This document shows, one piece after another, positions 20,055 through 29,421 of a DNA stretch of 61,329 bases. Every line of letters starts with the position of its first letter. The stretch's first letter is position 1. Both the position numbers and the translations under genes were made by a program. The notes under the pieces are model-generated. The model saw only the letters and a program-made list of their open reading frames with translations. It was not told the origin of the DNA and did no database searches. Location of the stretch: the NCBI GenBank assembly GCA_002385605.1, contig DGDU01000005.1:1-61329 (forward strand). The letters are read 5' to 3'. Source of the stretch: Christensenella sp. UBA3944. GTDB taxonomy: Bacteria > Bacillota > Clostridia > Christensenellales > DTU072.

Positions 20055-20807
20055 ATGGTAAACATACTTATTTACGGCATTAACGGCAAAATGGGCAGGA
20101 TGGTATATAACGCCATAGCAGCCCGCGACGACGCCAGAGCGGTTTGCGGGGTGGATAAAAACACCGATTCCCGCGGGCTCGGCCTGCCGATTTACCCCGA
20201 CATCAACGAAGTTACCGAGAAGGTAGATTGCATTATAGACTTTTCGGTAAAGTCCGCCCTTTACGAGATTCTGCCTTACGCCGAAAAGCACAACATACCC
20301 TGCGTGCTCGCGACGACGGGCTACGACAGCGCCGATGCCGAGTATATTAAGGAATACTCCAAAAAGCTTCCCATCTTCCGCACGGGCAACCTTTCGGTGG
20401 GCATCCGCGCCCTTGTAAAACTAGTCGAAAAGGCCTGCGAGCTTCTGGGCGACAAGGCAGACATCGAGATTATAGAGTGCCACCACAACCAGAAAGTGGA
20501 CTCTCCCTCGGGCACGGCTTTAATGCTGTACGAGGGCGCCAAAGCTATGCGCCCCGACCTCGAGCCCGTATACGGCAGGGAAGGCATTGTAGGCAAACGC
20601 AAGAAAAACGAAGTGGGCATACACGCCGTAAGAGGCGGGACGATAGTCGGCAAGCACGAAGTTATGTTTATTATGGATAACGAGGTAATAACCCTCTCAC
20701 ACGAGGCCGAAAGCAAGGCGGTATTCGCCAACGGCAGCGTAAACGCGGCTATATTCCTGCAAGGCAAAGGGCCCGGGCTGTACAATATGAACGATATGAT
20801 TAAATAA
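20055..20807 (+). CDS. dapB: 4-hydroxy-tetrahydrodipicolinate reductase
   Basis: 250 aa. It carries the signature ECHHNQKVDSPSGTAL. Confidence 0.95.
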   Translation: MVNILIYGINGKMGRMVYNAIAARDDARAVCGVDKNTDSRGLGLPIYPDINEVTEKVDCIIDFSVKSALYEILPYAEKHNIPCVLATTGYDSADAEYIKEYSKKLPIFRTGNLSVGIRALVKLVEKACELLGDKADIEIIECHHNQKVDSPSGTALMLYEGAKAMRPDLEPVYGREGIVGKRKKNEVGIHAVRGGTIVGKHEVMFIMDNEVITLSHEAESKAVFANGSVNAAIFLQGKGPGLYNMNDMIK

Positions 20808-20827
20808 AGAAATCAGCGCTAAATTTT

Positions 20828-20859
20828 AAGGGCTCTCAACCGGGAGCCCTTTTGTTTTT
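20828..20859. terminator. Bidirectional terminator (dapB / lipoprotein gene, convergent)
   Basis: AAGGGCTC-loop-GAGCCCTT is followed by TTGTTTTTG. The A/T-rich left flank would serve the minus-strand operon. Confidence 0.7.
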
Positions 20860-20873
20860 GCAAATACGATTAT

Positions 20874-22451
20874 CTATTTTGAAAGTTGGTTTACCTCATC
20901 GGGGTAGGTTATCTCGCTTATCTGCTCGATAAACTTATCGGTGTTGCCGAGGGAGAGGGTAAAGCTCTTGAAGAAATCTGCGACGCTTACGCCCGCCTGC
21001 GCGAGGGTTTCGCTTATATCGCTGTCGGAGCATTCGCTAAGGATATAAAGGAGCTTGTCTTCACTGATACCCATAATTTCGTTATATAATCTGGGCTCGA
21101 AGCGGTAGCTCACCTGCCCGCCGTAAAGCCTTAAGTTTGCCATAAGCTGCGAAAGCACGCTTATAAAGCTTAAGTTGGGGCTGGAACCTATTTCGTCGCT
21201 TAGCATTAAGAGGAAGCGGTTAAAGTCGAAAGCCCCTTTTATGTTTTTCTCCTGCCCGCCATCTAGCCAGTTGAGGTAGATATATTTGTCCCTGTAATAG
21301 ATGGAGCAAAGCTTTTGTCCGCTTGTTTTGCCGACTACGCTTACGGCAAAGCATGTCTGGCCGGCGTTTGCTGCGTCGTAAATGAAGTCCGCCGTGACAT
21401 CGGCTTCTTCGCCGCCTCCGTCCTCTTTTGCTGTAGCGTAGATGCGGAATTTGCGGTTAGAATAGTCTACATAGTCGCCGAAGGTGTTTTCTGCGGGTAT
21501 GCCTTTAACCGATGTGTTGGAGACAAGCAGCGTTTCGGCGTTTATCTTTATGCTGAAGTCCTTGCCGAAAACGGTGTCGCCCGTCTGCATGGACTTGGCG
21601 GCGACATCCATCTTTAGTTTGGAAATTTTGCCCTCGCCGAAGCTGTCGGGGTCGCCCCCTATCGTATTGAATTCGACTTTGATAGTGGTGTCGGGGATGT
21701 TGCCGCTTTGAACATCGGCGCTGCAAATGCCTAGAATGTTTCTGAGCAGCAAATCTATCTCCTGCCCGCTTACGCCCATGGTGTCGCGCCAGGATGCGTC
21801 CATATTAACAAAGCTGGCAAGGCTCTTCGGGACATCGACATAAAAGCGGAAGTGCCTCTCGCACATATTGTTGGCAACCTTATATTCGTAATCGATGTTG
21901 CCCTTCACGCTCATAAAAGTCAAAAAGCCCATCGACACCAATGTCTTGGCGTCGGGGCTGAATCTCATCTGCAGGGGAAAGTTATCCGAAAGGTTGTAGC
22001 CCTCGATGGGTATCTTTATCTTGTTTTCCTCGAGGTTAATATATAGGTTGGTAAACCCGTTCTTCTGATACAGGTAGGCGCCAAGCTGAAGCTCGTCGTT
22101 TTCGGCGTCGCGGAACTCGAACATCGCGGCGGTATCCTGCGGGTTATTGGCAAAATAGTTGGACTTTATTAAAAGGTAGGATTTATCGTTGTTGTAGTCT
22201 ATGTTAAGCCTGATGTTGGAGGAAATTATCCTGCTGTCGGTTTCGCCCGCTTGCCTGAGGGTCTCCATAACGCCGCCGATAAGGTCATTTACCATCTCGG
22301 AAGCCGTCGTTTGGTCGCGCGTAAAGCCATCGGTCCAGAAATCATCGGGCTCGTTAGGGTCTTTGCCGGGAGGGTTAGTCCCGTTGTCGCATGCTGCGAG
22401 CAGCGGGCATATTGCCGCGATGATTAATAAAACAATCGCCAACCTTTTCAC
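20874..22451 (-). CDS. Large lipoprotein of unknown function
   Basis: 525 aa. The signal peptide has a lipobox (MKRLAIVLLIIAAICPLLAAC-DNG). I recognise no domain. It starts 10 nt after the proS stop. Confidence 0.8.
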   Translation of the reverse strand: MKRLAIVLLIIAAICPLLAACDNGTNPPGKDPNEPDDFWTDGFTRDQTTASEMVNDLIGGVMETLRQAGETDSRIISSNIRLNIDYNNDKSYLLIKSNYFANNPQDTAAMFEFRDAENDELQLGAYLYQKNGFTNLYINLEENKIKIPIEGYNLSDNFPLQMRFSPDAKTLVSMGFLTFMSVKGNIDYEYKVANNMCERHFRFYVDVPKSLASFVNMDASWRDTMGVSGQEIDLLLRNILGICSADVQSGNIPDTTIKVEFNTIGGDPDSFGEGKISKLKMDVAAKSMQTGDTVFGKDFSIKINAETLLVSNTSVKGIPAENTFGDYVDYSNRKFRIYATAKEDGGGEEADVTADFIYDAANAGQTCFAVSVVGKTSGQKLCSIYYRDKYIYLNWLDGGQEKNIKGAFDFNRFLLMLSDEIGSSPNLSFISVLSQLMANLRLYGGQVSYRFEPRLYNEIMGISEDKLLYILSECSDSDISETLAQAGVSVADFFKSFTLSLGNTDKFIEQISEITYPDEVNQLSK

Positions 22452-22461
22452 ATAAACCTTC

Positions 22462-24174
22462 CTAAACGATATTTTTTGACACTATCTCAGCTATTTTTCC
22501 TACGCAATCCTCGTATTTTATGTTTGTCTTCAGGCTGCCGTCGCGCATCTGGAGCTCTATCTCTCCGTTTGCGAGCGAGCGGGGGCTGATTACTACCCTA
22601 AGCGGTATGCCCATAAGGTCGCAATCGGCGAATTTGAAGCCGGGGGAAGCGTCCCTGTCGTCGAACAGAACCTCGACGCCCGCTTTCCTGAGGCTTTCGT
22701 ACAGTTCGTGTGACTTTGCGCGAACCTCTTCGTTGTCTATCCTTATGGGGCAGAGATACACATGCCACGGGGCTATGGACATCGGCCAGCACAGGCCTTT
22801 GTCGTCTGCCGATTCTTCGGCGACGGAGGCGATAGCGCGCCCTATGCCTATGCCGTAGCAGCCCATTATGGGGTAAACCTGCGCGCCGTCCTTATTGAGC
22901 ACCGTCATTTCCATAGACTTGGTGTACTTGGTGCCCAGCTGGAATATGTTGCCCACCTCTATGCCGTTGCTTATCGTGAGGGCAGCGCCGCACTTGGGGC
23001 AGCCCGAGCCTTCCTTTACCTTGGCGATGTCGAAAAACTCCTTTACGGCGATATCCCTTTGGACATCCACACCTTTTATATGATATTCGGCGCGGTTGGC
23101 GCCCGTCACCATGTTGTTGGCACCTTTGAGGGAAGCGTCGAACACTACGATGGTGTCGGTTGTGTCCAGCCCGATGGGCCCGATGTTGCCCGCGACAAGC
23201 TTTTCGCTGTCGGTAAGGTTGGAGGGCACTATCTCTTTGCGGATTATCTTTTTAAGTTTTGCCTCGTTTACCTCGAGGTCGCCTCTTATGAAGCAAAGCA
23301 CGGTGGTGGTTTCGCCCTTAATGTTATAGCTTACCGCCTTTATCGTCTTATAGTCGGGCACATTGAGGTATGCCGAAACTTCGCTTATCTCTTTGGCGTC
23401 GCCCGTGAACACTTCCTCTTTCTGTGCAGATACCTCGTCACTGAAGCTTTGGGGCTGGCACTCGGCGACTTCCATATTGGCCTTGTAGCCGCAGGCGGGG
23501 CAGATAACTATGGTGTCCTCGCCGACGGGGGTAAGCAGCATATACTCGTGGGATACGCTGCCGCCCATCATGCCGCTGTCGGATTTTACGGCAACAACAT
23601 TTTTCATCCCTATCCTTTTGAATATACGGGTGTAGGCTGCGTAAACCTTCTCGTAGTATTCCTCGAGGTCTTCCTGCGAGATGTGGAAGGAGTAAGCGTC
23701 CTTCATGGTGAATTCCCTTACCCTTATAAGCCCTCCTCTCGACCTTGCCTCGTCGCGGAACTTGGTCTGGATCTGATAAATCATAAACGGCAGCTGCTGG
23801 TAGCTGACCACATTGTCGCGGGCGAAATGCACCGCCGCTTCTTCGTGGGTCATACCTAAAACAAGGTCGCGGCCGTTGCGGTCTTTGAACCGCACCATTT
23901 CTTCTCCTATCGAGGTGTACCTGCCGCTTTCTTCCCACAGTTCGCGGGGCATTACGACGGGGAAGGAGCACTCCTGCCCGTCGATGGCGTCCATTTCTTC
24001 GCGTATAATCTTTTCTATCTTGGCGGCTATACGCTTGGCGGGCATACCGAGCGACCAGATGCCGTTTGCTACAAGCTTTATGAATCCCGCCCTTACTAAA
24101 TACGCGTGGCTTTTTATGGCGGCGTCCGAGGGGTTATCCTTCGAACGGTTGCCTACAAGTTTGGATATCAGCAT
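22462..24174 (-). CDS. proS: Proline--tRNA ligase (bacterial type with editing INS domain)
   Basis: 570 aa. The N-terminus LVRAGFIK..., the class II motifs and the inserted editing domain of about 180 aa are typical of ProS. Confidence 0.95.
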   Translation of the reverse strand: MLISKLVGNRSKDNPSDAAIKSHAYLVRAGFIKLVANGIWSLGMPAKRIAAKIEKIIREEMDAIDGQECSFPVVMPRELWEESGRYTSIGEEMVRFKDRNGRDLVLGMTHEEAAVHFARDNVVSYQQLPFMIYQIQTKFRDEARSRGGLIRVREFTMKDAYSFHISQEDLEEYYEKVYAAYTRIFKRIGMKNVVAVKSDSGMMGGSVSHEYMLLTPVGEDTIVICPACGYKANMEVAECQPQSFSDEVSAQKEEVFTGDAKEISEVSAYLNVPDYKTIKAVSYNIKGETTTVLCFIRGDLEVNEAKLKKIIRKEIVPSNLTDSEKLVAGNIGPIGLDTTDTIVVFDASLKGANNMVTGANRAEYHIKGVDVQRDIAVKEFFDIAKVKEGSGCPKCGAALTISNGIEVGNIFQLGTKYTKSMEMTVLNKDGAQVYPIMGCYGIGIGRAIASVAEESADDKGLCWPMSIAPWHVYLCPIRIDNEEVRAKSHELYESLRKAGVEVLFDDRDASPGFKFADCDLMGIPLRVVISPRSLANGEIELQMRDGSLKTNIKYEDCVGKIAEIVSKNIV

Positions 24175-24189
24175 ATACTCTCCCTCGGA

Positions 24190-24549
24190 TTACGCCGTTA
24201 TGACAGTGAACTTGAGCTCGGCCTCGTACTTCTCGAGATAAATTATTTTGAGGGTAACCTCGCCCGATTGGCTGTACTTGCCGTTTACGAGGTTGAGCCC
24301 GCTCTTATCGTAATATATACCCGAGGTGTTGGTTACTTTTACTTTCGAGCCGTCGGTGAGGGTGGCGTTAATTTCGAATTTTGACGAATCGTACTTGTCG
24401 CCCACCTTGATTACGGTGTTTTCGGCCAGTTCTATCTCGATTTTTTCTACCCTGACCTCCTCTTCTTTATCGGTGCAAGCCGCCATTACTGCCGCCGAAA
24501 CGGCGATTATGGCTATTATAGACAGAACAACAATAAACTTCTTTTTCAT
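24190..24549 (-). CDS. Small lipoprotein (beta-rich, possibly Ig-like domain)
   Basis: 119 aa. The lipobox is MKKKFIVVLSIIAIIAVSAAVMAAC-TDK, and there is a GGAG SD. Its stop is 15 nt from the proS ATG. Confidence 0.75.
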   Translation of the reverse strand: MKKKFIVVLSIIAIIAVSAAVMAACTDKEEEVRVEKIEIELAENTVIKVGDKYDSSKFEINATLTDGSKVKVTNTSGIYYDKSGLNLVNGKYSQSGEVTLKIIYLEKYEAELKFTVITA

Positions 24550-24585
24550 AAAGTCTCCATTTACCTGTAAAAGTGTTCCAACTTT

Positions 24586-24614
24586 ATTATAATTTATTAT
24601 AAACGCGAAGTCAA
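24586..24614 (-). promoter_or_regulatory. Sigma-A promoter for the lipoprotein-proS-lipoprotein operon
   Basis: The minus strand reads TTGACT-17 nt-TATAAT, about 35 nt upstream of the 119-aa lipoprotein ATG. Confidence 0.55.
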
Positions 24615-24630
24615 TATTTAAGCGAGGGCA

Positions 24631-27600
24631 TTATTCGGTACGCAGGGCAAGCACAGGATCTTTCTTCGCGGCGAGCGCGGCGGGGATAAGCCCGCTTATG
24701 ACGGTTATCACAAAGGACACGCCGATAAGCAGGAACTGGTGCCACCAGACGGGCCGCAGAAGGTTGTTTATGCCAAGCACCGATTTTATGACAATGTTTG
24801 CGGGGAAGGTCAGGATAAGCGCAAGGCAGACGCCCACTATGCCGCTGACAAGCCCTATTATGAAGGTTTCGGCTATAAACACGCTGGAAACATTGAACTT
24901 GCTGGCGCCCAAGGAGCGCAGAAGCCCTATTTCCTTTGTCCTGTCCTGCACCGAGATGTAAAGGATTATCGCGACAAGAAGCATCGCCACTATAACCGCT
25001 ATGGCGGCTACGCCTATGAGGATGTAGGTAATCGTGTTTATCATAGATGTCATCGAGGCGGTCATTTCGCTTAGTTCGTCGGTGTAAACCACGGTGTAGT
25101 CGATGGTGGAGTTGGCAAACTCAGCGTCCTGCATTATGCGCCTGTTGTAATTGTCTATAAACTTGATTACCTCGTTGCGCGACTCGATGGAGTAGGGATA
25201 AATATCCACGCTTACGGGCCTCATGAGATCCCTCAGGTCGAAGCCGCTCATGATAACATCGTACTGCACGGTGTCTATGTAGGCGCACTCGGCGGTGTGC
25301 GGGGCGTTGGGGCGGTGCGCGCAAACCTTGTCCTCGGCGACTGTGACATTCCTTATCTTGAAGATTTCGGCAAGCTGGTTCATAAGTTCGCTTTCGCCCT
25401 TGCTGAAGTCGAGCCCGGAAAGTATGGGCAGCATCTTTATTACGAGGTCGATTTCGCTTTCGGTGAAGTTGATGGCGAACACGCTGCGGATAAGCCCCGT
25501 CGCCGCGGTTATGTCGGCTTCGGGATATTCAAGCGTTGCCATCGCGAGCTCGACAAGCTCGATGGCGGCAGCTTGCTCGGCTTCGTCCAGCTTTACCTTC
25601 TGTAGAAGTATGAGGAAGTTGGCCATAGTCTCAAGGCTACCGTTGCCGCCGTTTTCCTGAGAGAACTCGAGTATTTCCCGAAGGGCCTGCTGCTCCTCTT
25701 CGGTGAGGTTAATCTGCCCCAAAAGGTATTGCATCCTGCTTAGCGCCTCGGCGTCCTCCTCGGTGGGGTTGAACTCCTGTATAAGCTGAACGGTCTGCCA
25801 CATCTTAAGCATACCCTCTTCGCCGGTTATCTCGTACAGCCTTGCCGCCGCCGCGAGGGTATCCCTCAAAGTGACCATATCTTCCGATTCCATATCAAGC
25901 TGCGCGCCAAGCGAAGCGAGCCCGATTGCCGTTTCGATATCCTGCCTTGTAATGCCAAGGGCACGGATAATTTCGAATGCCTCCTTGAAAGACCCGGCGT
26001 CGGCCTCGGGGACTTCGACGGCGCTAATGATATCCAAAGCGAGGTTCAGGTTATCGATATCTTCTTCGGTGAAATCCATCTCGCGAAGGATTGCCGCGGT
26101 TTCGATAAGAATCTCTATGTCTTGCTGTTCAATCATTTCCGAAAGAATCATAGCGACGGCATATAAATTTTCAAAATCCTCTTGGGTAAGCTCTATTGTG
26201 GAAAGAAGTTGAGCCGCTTCGATTACCGCCTCTATCTCGCTTTCGGTAAGCCCGAGCCCTCTTGCGAGCAATACGGCGTTGAGTATTATCTGAATATCCG
26301 AGGGAGTGGGGCTTAAGGACACCAACAGGGGCCATGCCGCGGTTATGGCGTCCCTGCTTTCGGGGGTGAGCTGATTCATAAGGGTATCGAATTCCAGACA
26401 CAATTCGGGCGTGGGCGCCGATATGAGCTGGGGCAGGAGCGCCGCCATTTCGGTAAGGATTTGCCCGTCGGAGCCGTAGTTTACGCCTCTGAATATTTGG
26501 GCTATCTGTATTACTGTTGAGATATCCTCTTGCCCGAACGAAAGCCCCTTAAGCTCGTCTATAATCTGACCTATTATTTGCGTATCTTCATAATCTATTT
26601 GGAGCGTCGCAAGAAGCCTTGCCGCCTCGTAGGCAGCCTCGGCTTCGGCTTGGGTAAGCCTAAGCCCGTTCAAAAGATTTGCGATTTCGATAAGGTTTTG
26701 GATATCTTCCTCTGTCGGGTCCATGCGCCACAGCGAAACAGCCGCCCTGGCTAAAACATCGGCGTTTTGATCCCTCGTGTCCAGATTGCTTATTATTTGG
26801 GTAACCCGGGTGATGGCGTCTATGTAGCCGTCCCTGTTTTCCAGCGTGTTTATCAGCCTTGCCAGCCTCAATATCTCGGCATATTCTTCCTCGGTGACAT
26901 CCAACTGAGCGTAAAGGCCAGCCATCCGGTTTATGATGTCGGCGTTTTCGGGAGTGAACTCGAAGCCGTACAGCCCGCCCGCGATTTCGGTAATCAGGCT
27001 TATCTGCTCCTGGGTGAGGTTAAGCTCTTCGTACGCCGCGAGTATTTCCTTAAGAAGGGTAAGCCTTCTCGTTTCGGGCATAGAGGGGAGGTAGTCTATA
27101 TCCAGCTCTATTTCGGATATACGCTTTGCGAGGTTAAGAAGAGTTTCTCTTTCGATGTCGTACCGGTTGAGGGCCTCCTTGAGCGCCTTTACAACGGGAG
27201 CGTTGTTGCCTCTCTGGATAAGGTCGCGGGCCAACGCCTCGGTGTAGCCTATCGCGCCGTTTATTACGCCTGCGTTTACGCCGTCCTTAAGGCGGAGTAT
27301 TCCCACCACCTTGACTTCGGCGCCTTCGCCCGTCTTATTGTATACGCCCGTCGCCTCGTCCAGGGCGAAGTAGTCGGTGGGGATGCGCAGCACGAAGGTC
27401 GCGGGCATTATGCCGTTTGCCTCGTCGCCAATGAATTCTTCGAAGGTGTATTCTTCCTTTACTTCGCCGGTGTTTTTGGGTATAAGCATACGGATGAAGA
27501 CATCTAACATCTTTTCGGCCTCTTCGGGAAGGAGGACACGGAAATCGTTTATTACCGTAAGCAGGAAGCTCTCGACGCTTATGGCTCCCAAAAGGAACAG

Positions 27601-29226
27601 GGTGTAGTCGTCCAACTGGTTGAACTCGTCCACAACAAGCACTATCTCGCGCTTGGCGTCCTCGGTGCCGAAGGCGGGAAGCCTGCCCGCAAGCACATCG
27701 TATTGGGCGTTAAGCAGGATTTCGTCGTCTATCATCATAGACCACGGGTTGTTCTTGTCGAACATCTCCCTGAGTTCCTGCATATCCTTGCCGTACAGCA
27801 AGGAGTTAAGCCTGCCCGAGGCGCCCGGGGCGAAAAGGTTTATGGCGGCAAGAAACCCCGAATCCTCTATAAACTTTATGAACATATCGGCGGGATTCAG
27901 CTTTGATTCATTGCCCTTGTCGTCCTTGCGGTAGATATCAAACTGCAGGTTGTAGTTGCGCATTATCGCGCCCCAGTCGGGGTTGAAATCGTTCTCCAGC
28001 GCAAGCATAAACTGATAAATATCCGTGCCGAGGCTTACCCCGAACAGCTTGCTTAAAAGGTCGTATTCGTTATCGAAATCAAAATCCTCGAGGTTCTGGA
28101 AGCCCGTGATGCCCTTTTCGATTACGGCAAGCACGAGTTTGGAGAGGAATATAAGTTCTTTGTCGGTGTACTTTTCCCTGAGCTCCTGATCCTCGCGGAA
28201 AAGCTCGAGCATAGAGTCGAGGTTTATGCTGGATGGGTCAAACCTGTTGCCCTGCTGGAAGGCCTCTTTAAGAAGGTCTATAAGCGAGGTCGTCTGGGTG
28301 GTTACTTTTATGGGGAAGCGGCTAAGGTTGTTTCTTTCGAAGTCGTTTATGTAATAGGCGAAGCCGCTGTTCATGGACAGAATAAGGGCGATACAGATTA
28401 CGCTTATCGCGCCCGAAATTATCGTCATTATAGAGCGGCCTTTTTTGTTAACAAGGTTGTTGAAGCTAAGCTTGGTGGCGGTGGCAAAGCTCATCTTGGC
28501 CCTCTTCTTCTTTTCGGGGCCCTCGGGCCCCTCCGCCGCATCGTACTGCCGTATAATCTCCTGGTCGCTTACGATAAGCCCGTCCTGCATCCTTATGATT
28601 CTGTCGGCGTACATATCGGCAAGTTCCTGGTTGTGGGTTACCAGAATTACAAGGCACTCTTTGGATATCTCTTTGAGAAGCTCCATAATTTGGACGCCTG
28701 TCTTGCTGTCTACCGCGCCCGTGGGCTCGTCTGCAAGAAGAATCTTGGGGTTGTTTACGATGGCGCGCGCTATCGCAACCCTCTGCATCTGCCCGCCCGA
28801 CATCTGGTTGGGCTTTTTGCTCACCTGGTCGCTTAGCCCTACCTTTGCTAAGGCGTCCAATACCTTTGACTTTCTTTCTTTGGCGGATACGCCCGAAAGC
28901 GTGAGGGCGAGCTCGACATTGGAGAACACCGTCATATGCGGTATGAGGTTGTACGCCTGAAACACAAAGCCTATCTGATGGTTACGGTAGTTGTTCCAGT
29001 CCTTCTCGCTGTAGCCTTTTGTGCTTTTATTGTCTATAACCAGGTCGCCCGCGGTCGCCCTGTCCAAGCCGCCAATGATGTTCATAAGCGTTGTTTTGCC
29101 GCAGCCCGAAGGCCCCAGCACGGCGACTAAGCCTTTGCCCGCGAAATCCACGGTTATGCCGTTTAGCGCCTCGACAATCTTTTCGCCTACCTTGTAATGC
29201 TTCGTGATTTTTTCCAGCCTGAGCAC
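24631..29226 (-). CDS. Fused ABC ATPase + MacB/FtsX-type permease with a giant extracytoplasmic domain
   Basis: 1531 aa, with a GTG start and SD AAGGAGA. It has Walker A GPSGCGKT, signature MSGGQ, Walker B ILLADEPT and H-loop THN. TM1 is at about aa 265-287, followed by roughly 1100 aa of non-membrane sequence, then three C-terminal FtsX-type TM helices (aa 1396-1520). Confidence 0.9.
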   Translation of the reverse strand: MLRLEKITKHYKVGEKIVEALNGITVDFAGKGLVAVLGPSGCGKTTLMNIIGGLDRATAGDLVIDNKSTKGYSEKDWNNYRNHQIGFVFQAYNLIPHMTVFSNVELALTLSGVSAKERKSKVLDALAKVGLSDQVSKKPNQMSGGQMQRVAIARAIVNNPKILLADEPTGAVDSKTGVQIMELLKEISKECLVILVTHNQELADMYADRIIRMQDGLIVSDQEIIRQYDAAEGPEGPEKKKRAKMSFATATKLSFNNLVNKKGRSIMTIISGAISVICIALILSMNSGFAYYINDFERNNLSRFPIKVTTQTTSLIDLLKEAFQQGNRFDPSSINLDSMLELFREDQELREKYTDKELIFLSKLVLAVIEKGITGFQNLEDFDFDNEYDLLSKLFGVSLGTDIYQFMLALENDFNPDWGAIMRNYNLQFDIYRKDDKGNESKLNPADMFIKFIEDSGFLAAINLFAPGASGRLNSLLYGKDMQELREMFDKNNPWSMMIDDEILLNAQYDVLAGRLPAFGTEDAKREIVLVVDEFNQLDDYTLFLLGAISVESFLLTVINDFRVLLPEEAEKMLDVFIRMLIPKNTGEVKEEYTFEEFIGDEANGIMPATFVLRIPTDYFALDEATGVYNKTGEGAEVKVVGILRLKDGVNAGVINGAIGYTEALARDLIQRGNNAPVVKALKEALNRYDIERETLLNLAKRISEIELDIDYLPSMPETRRLTLLKEILAAYEELNLTQEQISLITEIAGGLYGFEFTPENADIINRMAGLYAQLDVTEEEYAEILRLARLINTLENRDGYIDAITRVTQIISNLDTRDQNADVLARAAVSLWRMDPTEEDIQNLIEIANLLNGLRLTQAEAEAAYEAARLLATLQIDYEDTQIIGQIIDELKGLSFGQEDISTVIQIAQIFRGVNYGSDGQILTEMAALLPQLISAPTPELCLEFDTLMNQLTPESRDAITAAWPLLVSLSPTPSDIQIILNAVLLARGLGLTESEIEAVIEAAQLLSTIELTQEDFENLYAVAMILSEMIEQQDIEILIETAAILREMDFTEEDIDNLNLALDIISAVEVPEADAGSFKEAFEIIRALGITRQDIETAIGLASLGAQLDMESEDMVTLRDTLAAAARLYEITGEEGMLKMWQTVQLIQEFNPTEEDAEALSRMQYLLGQINLTEEEQQALREILEFSQENGGNGSLETMANFLILLQKVKLDEAEQAAAIELVELAMATLEYPEADITAATGLIRSVFAINFTESEIDLVIKMLPILSGLDFSKGESELMNQLAEIFKIRNVTVAEDKVCAHRPNAPHTAECAYIDTVQYDVIMSGFDLRDLMRPVSVDIYPYSIESRNEVIKFIDNYNRRIMQDAEFANSTIDYTVVYTDELSEMTASMTSMINTITYILIGVAAIAVIVAMLLVAIILYISVQDRTKEIGLLRSLGASKFNVSSVFIAETFIIGLVSGIVGVCLALILTFPANIVIKSVLGINNLLRPVWWHQFLLIGVSFVITVISGLIPAALAAKKDPVLALRTE
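25357..27030 (-). repeat. About 28 tandem, degenerate 20-codon (60-nt) repeats inside the ABC/FtsX extracytoplasmic domain
   Basis: Periodicity is at the protein level: h-x-h-T-x-E-(D/E)-h-x-x-h-h-x-h-A-x-h-h-x-G. Anchor residues fall at aa 738, 758, 778, 838, 858, 878, 898, 974, 994, 1014, 1053, 1073, 1093, 1113, 1134, 1155, 1175, 1214, 1235, 1255 and 1276. There is no exact DNA repeat. Confidence 0.7.
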
Positions 29227-29421
29227 GATGTTTCTCCTTTCTCTCCGGATAGTTTTCTTCCGTTAACTTTGCGCGGAAATATTTACCCATATATATTATA
29301 GAAGAACGCCCTCTTAGTCAATAGCTTAATAATGAATAAATAATAAATAAATTATAGGAGAGGCAAAACAAGTTGCCTTTTTTCGTTTGATTTACTTTCT
29401 TTTATCCTGTAATATGGATGT

